Source: a virus
Length of the DNA stretch: 18,581 nt
IMG/VR virus record: IMGVR_UViG_3300045988_116509
Reading direction: 5' to 3' (one strand)
Shown here one piece after another: positions 15,472 through 18,581 of this stretch. Position numbers and translations under genes: made by a program. Within the stretch, counting starts at the first letter, position 1. Each line of letters starts with the position of its first letter. Below the pieces are notes generated by a model. It had not been told where the DNA came from and did no database searches. It saw only the letters and a list, made by a program, of their open reading frames with translations.

Positions 15472-16578
15472 ATGGATAATATGGAGAAACTGTTAGACGA
15501 AGGCGATTACTACGACTATGGTCACGTGCTATCATATCACGCGCCATGGATGTTCGTTATCGGCGCTCGCGGTCTCGGCAAGACCTATGGCGCCAAGAAA
15601 CTGGTCATCGGTGACTGGATTAAAAAACGCTGGCAATTCATCTATCTGCGACGCACCGCGGAAGAACAGAAGAACAAAGGCACATGGTTTGCGGACATTG
15701 CGGAACAATACCCGGATTTGGAATTCAGAGTGTCCGGCAATCAGGCGGAATGCCACTGGCTGGACGATAGGGACACCACCGTGGACAAGCACGGAAAGAC
15801 ACGCCCGACATGGCATATCATGGGATATTTCATCGCCCTCAGTCAAGCCGGACAAGTCAAGTCGGTCGCCTACCCCAAGGTACGGACCATCATCTTCGAT
15901 GAAATATTTCCCGACAACATGCGGTATCTCGGCGGCGAAGTCACGGCGCTCGAAGAATTCTACAATACCGTCGACAGGTGGAACGACCGCGTGAGAGTCA
16001 TCATGTGCAGCAACGCCGTAACCCTCGCCAACCCATATTTCAGCGCCTTCAACATCAACCTCAAACCACAGCTTGACCACCACACGCAATACCAGCGTTA
16101 TTGCGGCGGGTTCATCATGGTTGAATTAGCGGATTACGGCGGATTCAGCGCCAAGGTCGCCACATCGAAATTCGGAACGTTCCTACGCAACTATGATGAG
16201 AACTATGCAAACTATGCAATCGACAATGATTTCAGGGACAACGCCAACACCCTCATCAGCGACTTCAACAACGCCGGATACGCGTTCACGCTGAGGACCA
16301 CCGAATACGGTGTCTTCAACGTATACCAACAATTAAGCGATGCCGATGAGGTATTGTATATCATCACCAAGAAACAGCCGAAAATCACCCGCGACTTTAC
16401 GTTCGACTATCGGCTGGTCGATAAGGATTGCATCATGCTCAAACGTTCGGACGACATGACACAGAAAATATTAAACGCCTATCGCGTCGGCCGGCTACGG
16501 TTTGAAACACCGCAAATCAAAGCGGAATTCAGTATGATTCTTGGCGGCTTATTACAACAATCAGGCATAAGAAAGTGA
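15472..16578 (+). CDS. DNA encapsidation ATPase, phi29 gp16-like
   Basis: Walker A is FVIGARGLGKTY (phi29 has FVIGARGIGKSY) and Walker B is RTIIFDE (phi29 has STIVFDE). RVRVIMCSNAVTLANPYF matches phi29 RVRCICLSNAVSVVNPYF. There is no obvious SD upstream. Confidence 0.93.
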   Translation: MDNMEKLLDEGDYYDYGHVLSYHAPWMFVIGARGLGKTYGAKKLVIGDWIKKRWQFIYLRRTAEEQKNKGTWFADIAEQYPDLEFRVSGNQAECHWLDDRDTTVDKHGKTRPTWHIMGYFIALSQAGQVKSVAYPKVRTIIFDEIFPDNMRYLGGEVTALEEFYNTVDRWNDRVRVIMCSNAVTLANPYFSAFNINLKPQLDHHTQYQRYCGGFIMVELADYGGFSAKVATSKFGTFLRNYDENYANYAIDNDFRDNANTLISDFNNAGYAFTLRTTEYGVFNVYQQLSDADEVLYIITKKQPKITRDFTFDYRLVDKDCIMLKRSDDMTQKILNAYRVGRLRFETPQIKAEFSMILGGLLQQSGIRK

Positions 16579-16585
16579 GGAAACG

Positions 16586-16957
16586 ATGACGGAAACCTTA
16601 TTTTACGAAACACTGGCCATACTCGTGTTCATCATCATGGACTACGTTACCGGCGTTATCAACGCCGTAATGCACGGCAAACTTTCCAGCACGAAAATGC
16701 GGGAGGGACTCGGCAATAAATTCGCCTACCTTTGCGTATTCTTCATCGCATGGTTCATCGACTTCGAAATGGAACACATAGACATCGGATTCCATAGCGC
16801 ATTGACACCGCTAGTTACCGTAGGTATTGTTTTCATTGAGCTGTCCAGCATCATCGAAAATATCGGCAAAATCAATCCCAAACTCAAAAACGCCCCATTC
16901 ATGAACATCTTCTCCCAAAACGACAATCAGCCAAACCACAAGGAGGACCGACCTTGA
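16586..16957 (+). CDS. Holin (Phage_holin_4_1 / LL-H-type pattern)
   Basis: Three hydrophobic segments. The characteristic strings are DYVTGVINAV...SS..MREGLGNK and IELSSIIENIGKINP. RBS is GAGGAA, and the endolysin gene follows directly. Confidence 0.85.
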   Translation: MTETLFYETLAILVFIIMDYVTGVINAVMHGKLSSTKMREGLGNKFAYLCVFFIAWFIDFEMEHIDIGFHSALTPLVTVGIVFIELSSIIENIGKINPKLKNAPFMNIFSQNDNQPNHKEDRP

Positions 16958-17823
16958 ACGATATCACATGGATAGGCTCACCCAACCACTACAACGGCCG
17001 TAACGGCCTCACCATCACCCACATCACACTCCACATCATGGTCGGCCACCTCACCGGCACCGACAGCGTATTCCAACACCCCAGCGGAGCCTCAGCACAC
17101 TACGGAATCGGCGCAAACGGTGCCATCCATCAATACGTCAACGAAAACGACGGCAGCTGGAGCGACGCAAACTATACGAGCAACAACAGCACCATCAGCA
17201 TCGAACACGAAGGCGGCATGAACGGCATCCCATGCACCCAAGCATGCATGGACGCATCAGCCAAACTCTGCGCCGACATCGCCCGACGACAAGGATGGAC
17301 ACACCTCTGGCATGACGGACTCAACGGCAACATCTGGCTCCACCGCGAAATACCCGGCACCGACCATTACGGCTGCCCCGACCTAGCACCAAACGGACTT
17401 GACGTAAACTACGTCATCAACAAAGCAAACCAAATACTAGAAGGAGACGACATGTCAGCAGAAGACGTGTGGAATTTCGACCAAAACGGTGTAAAAATGC
17501 GCGACCGCATGCAAGGCACCGACACAGCAGCCAACGCCACCAAAACCGAACTCTTCCGCCTCTCAAAATGGGACAACAAAACCCACGCATCCCCACTAGG
17601 CAACCTCATCATCGAACAGCCAATCCAAGGAGGAGCCAAACTCGGCGACCGAGTAGCCGGCATCGACAACAAAACCAGCCAACTCATCACACAAGTAGCC
17701 GCACTCACCGCAGCCGTAAAAGCCCTCTCCGAAAGCATGGGCGCCAACCCCGACACCATCGCACAAACCGTGCAAAACGCCGTAAAAGCCAAACTAGACT
17801 CGCTCACCATCACAGTGGAATAA
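16954..17823 (+). CDS. Endolysin: N-acetylmuramoyl-L-alanine amidase (Amidase_2/PGRP fold) with a non-canonical C-terminal domain
   Basis: TTG start 6 nt after AAGGAGGA, overlapping the holin stop as TTGA. The amidase pattern is HIMVGH...SAHYGIGANGAIHQYVNENDGSW...ISIEHEG...HREIPGTDHYGCP. Confidence 0.88.
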   Translation: MNDITWIGSPNHYNGRNGLTITHITLHIMVGHLTGTDSVFQHPSGASAHYGIGANGAIHQYVNENDGSWSDANYTSNNSTISIEHEGGMNGIPCTQACMDASAKLCADIARRQGWTHLWHDGLNGNIWLHREIPGTDHYGCPDLAPNGLDVNYVINKANQILEGDDMSAEDVWNFDQNGVKMRDRMQGTDTAANATKTELFRLSKWDNKTHASPLGNLIIEQPIQGGAKLGDRVAGIDNKTSQLITQVAALTAAVKALSESMGANPDTIAQTVQNAVKAKLDSLTITVE

Positions 17824-17834
17824 CACCACAACAT

Positions 17835-17868
17835 AAAGAAAAGCCCCGCAGATTGCGGGGCTTTTTTT
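17835..17868. terminator. Bidirectional rho-independent terminator
   Basis: AGCCCCGCA-GAT-TGCGGGGCT forms a 9-bp GC-rich stem. It is flanked by an A-run (17835-17842) and a T-run (17862-17868). It lies between the + strand endolysin stop and the - strand ORF stop. Confidence 0.8.
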
Positions 17869-17900
17869 ATCAAGCAATAAAACCATCCAACAAAACAGTC

Positions 17901-18105
17901 TCAATACTCGCAAGCACCCAACATTTCCTCAAAAATATCACGCGGAAACGCGCAACACGAACCAATACCATTAGCCTCCATAAAATCAGCCATCTCCTCA
18001 ACCACCTCTGCAACACCATAATCACAATCATCCAAATCAGACTTGTCCAAATAATCATAAACATAATCCCAAACAGCATCCCTATCAACACTATGACCAA
18101 AACAT
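17901..18105 (-). CDS. Small, very acidic right-end early protein (about 67 aa) transcribed leftward; reading frame interrupted just after its SD-linked ATG
   Basis: The minus-strand frame from 18104 to 17901 reads ...GHSVDRDAVWDYVYDYLDKSDLDDCDYGVAEVVEEMADFMEANGIGSCCAFPRDIFEEMLGACEY*. Its NNT codon bias matches the left-end genes, and the rare A residues fall at codon position 2. AAGGAAAGGA plus ATG (18105-18103) lies one base out of frame, across a T4 run. This ORF is absent from the track because no long ATG, GTG or TTG-initiated version exists. Confidence 0.45.
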
Positions 18106-18183
18106 CAACAATCCTTTCCTTGAAGTTCGCAACAACAGTACACTATACAACAAACAATACAACCAAAACACGACACGCCGAAA

Positions 18184-18542
18184 CGGCAAAAAAACGATAA
18201 AAAAAACCACGCGACCAAACCGCAGAATAAAACAGCAAAAAAACCAGCAACGAAAAAGACAAGAACAAAACCGAAAACAACAAAACAGAGAAACAAAAAC
18301 AAAACAAAGACAGCCACGAAAAACAAATAACAGAGCGCAACAGCAAAACACACAACAGAGCAGCGGCAAAAAAACGATAAAAAAACCACGCGACCAAACT
18401 GCAGAATAAAACAGCAAAAAAACCAGCAACAAAAAAGACAAGAACAAAACCGAAAACAACAAAACAGAGAAACAAAAACAAAACAAAGACAGCCACGAAA
18501 AACAAATAACAGAGCGCAACAGCAAAACACACAACAGAGCAG
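18184..18542. repeat. Tandem direct duplication of the ITR unit, present only at the right end
   Basis: The inner copy is 18184-18363 (180 bp) and the outer copy is 18364-18542 (179 bp). They differ by two substitutions and one extra A in a homopolymer. The left end carries a single copy (40-218). Confidence 0.9.
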
Positions 18543-18581
18543 CTATGGAAAAAGGATTGCTGCTGGGACCCCTCCCCTCCT
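18362..18581. repeat. Right inverted terminal repeat
   Basis: Exact reverse complement of 1-220. The window ends precisely at the repeat, as expected for a full-length linear genome. Confidence 0.95.

Noticed and set aside
17870-18100. A 76-aa hydrophobic minus-strand ORF from the track (TTG start) as the right-end gene.
   Set aside because: The neighbouring frame (17901-18104) places the rare A residues at codon position 2 and T at position 3, as the left-end genes do, and gives a plausible soluble acidic protein. The hydrophobic frame looks like a T/G-composition artefact.
17469-18200. A 243-aa + strand ORF running from inside the endolysin gene across the terminator into the right arm.
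   Set aside because: Its Pro/His/Arg/Thr/Asn-rich product results from A/C-rich DNA that lacks stop codons. It is out of frame with a clear amidase and crosses a strong terminator.
18184-18542. The 180-bp tandem repeat as a possible CRISPR array or satellite.
   Set aside because: There are only two contiguous copies with no spacers, and they are part of the terminal repeat. The architecture is not CRISPR-like.

Overview
The window appears to be a complete 18,581-bp linear dsDNA genome of a small phi29-like podophage that replicates by protein priming. Its ends are exact 220-bp inverted terminal repeats. All convincing genes are on the + strand except one small acidic ORF at the right end. 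The gene order, left to right, is as follows. (1) Three T/G-rich, Cys-rich early ORFs of unknown function. (2) A replication module: p6-like protein, p5-like SSB, putative terminal protein and a family-B DNA polymerase. (3) A morphogenesis module: acidic scaffold, gp8-like capsid protein with Ig-like domains, gp9-like tail knob, gp10-like connector and gp11-like lower collar. (4) Three fibre or appendage proteins, one carrying an SGNH esterase. (5) A gp13-like two-domain peptidoglycan hydrolase and a gp16-like packaging ATPase. (6) A holin and an amidase endolysin. Homology calls rest on motif recognition by eye and on phi29 sequences recalled from memory, so they need HMM confirmation. The peptidoglycan-targeting enzymes suggest a Gram-positive host, possibly high-GC, but that is only inference. 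The most unusual observations are: (a) asymmetric telomeres, with one 180-bp nearly A-free T/G-rich unit at the left end and two at the right; (b) a reiterated terminus (AGGAGG...) that could support jumping-back initiation; (c) a mirror-image strand composition skew, T/G-rich at the left and A/C-rich at the right, even though the genes there are co-directional; (d) a compact polymerase whose exonuclease carboxylates appear to be replaced by His; (e) a leftward, very acidic right-end ORF whose SD-linked ATG is one base out of frame; (f) two fibre proteins that share an N-terminal anchor motif.
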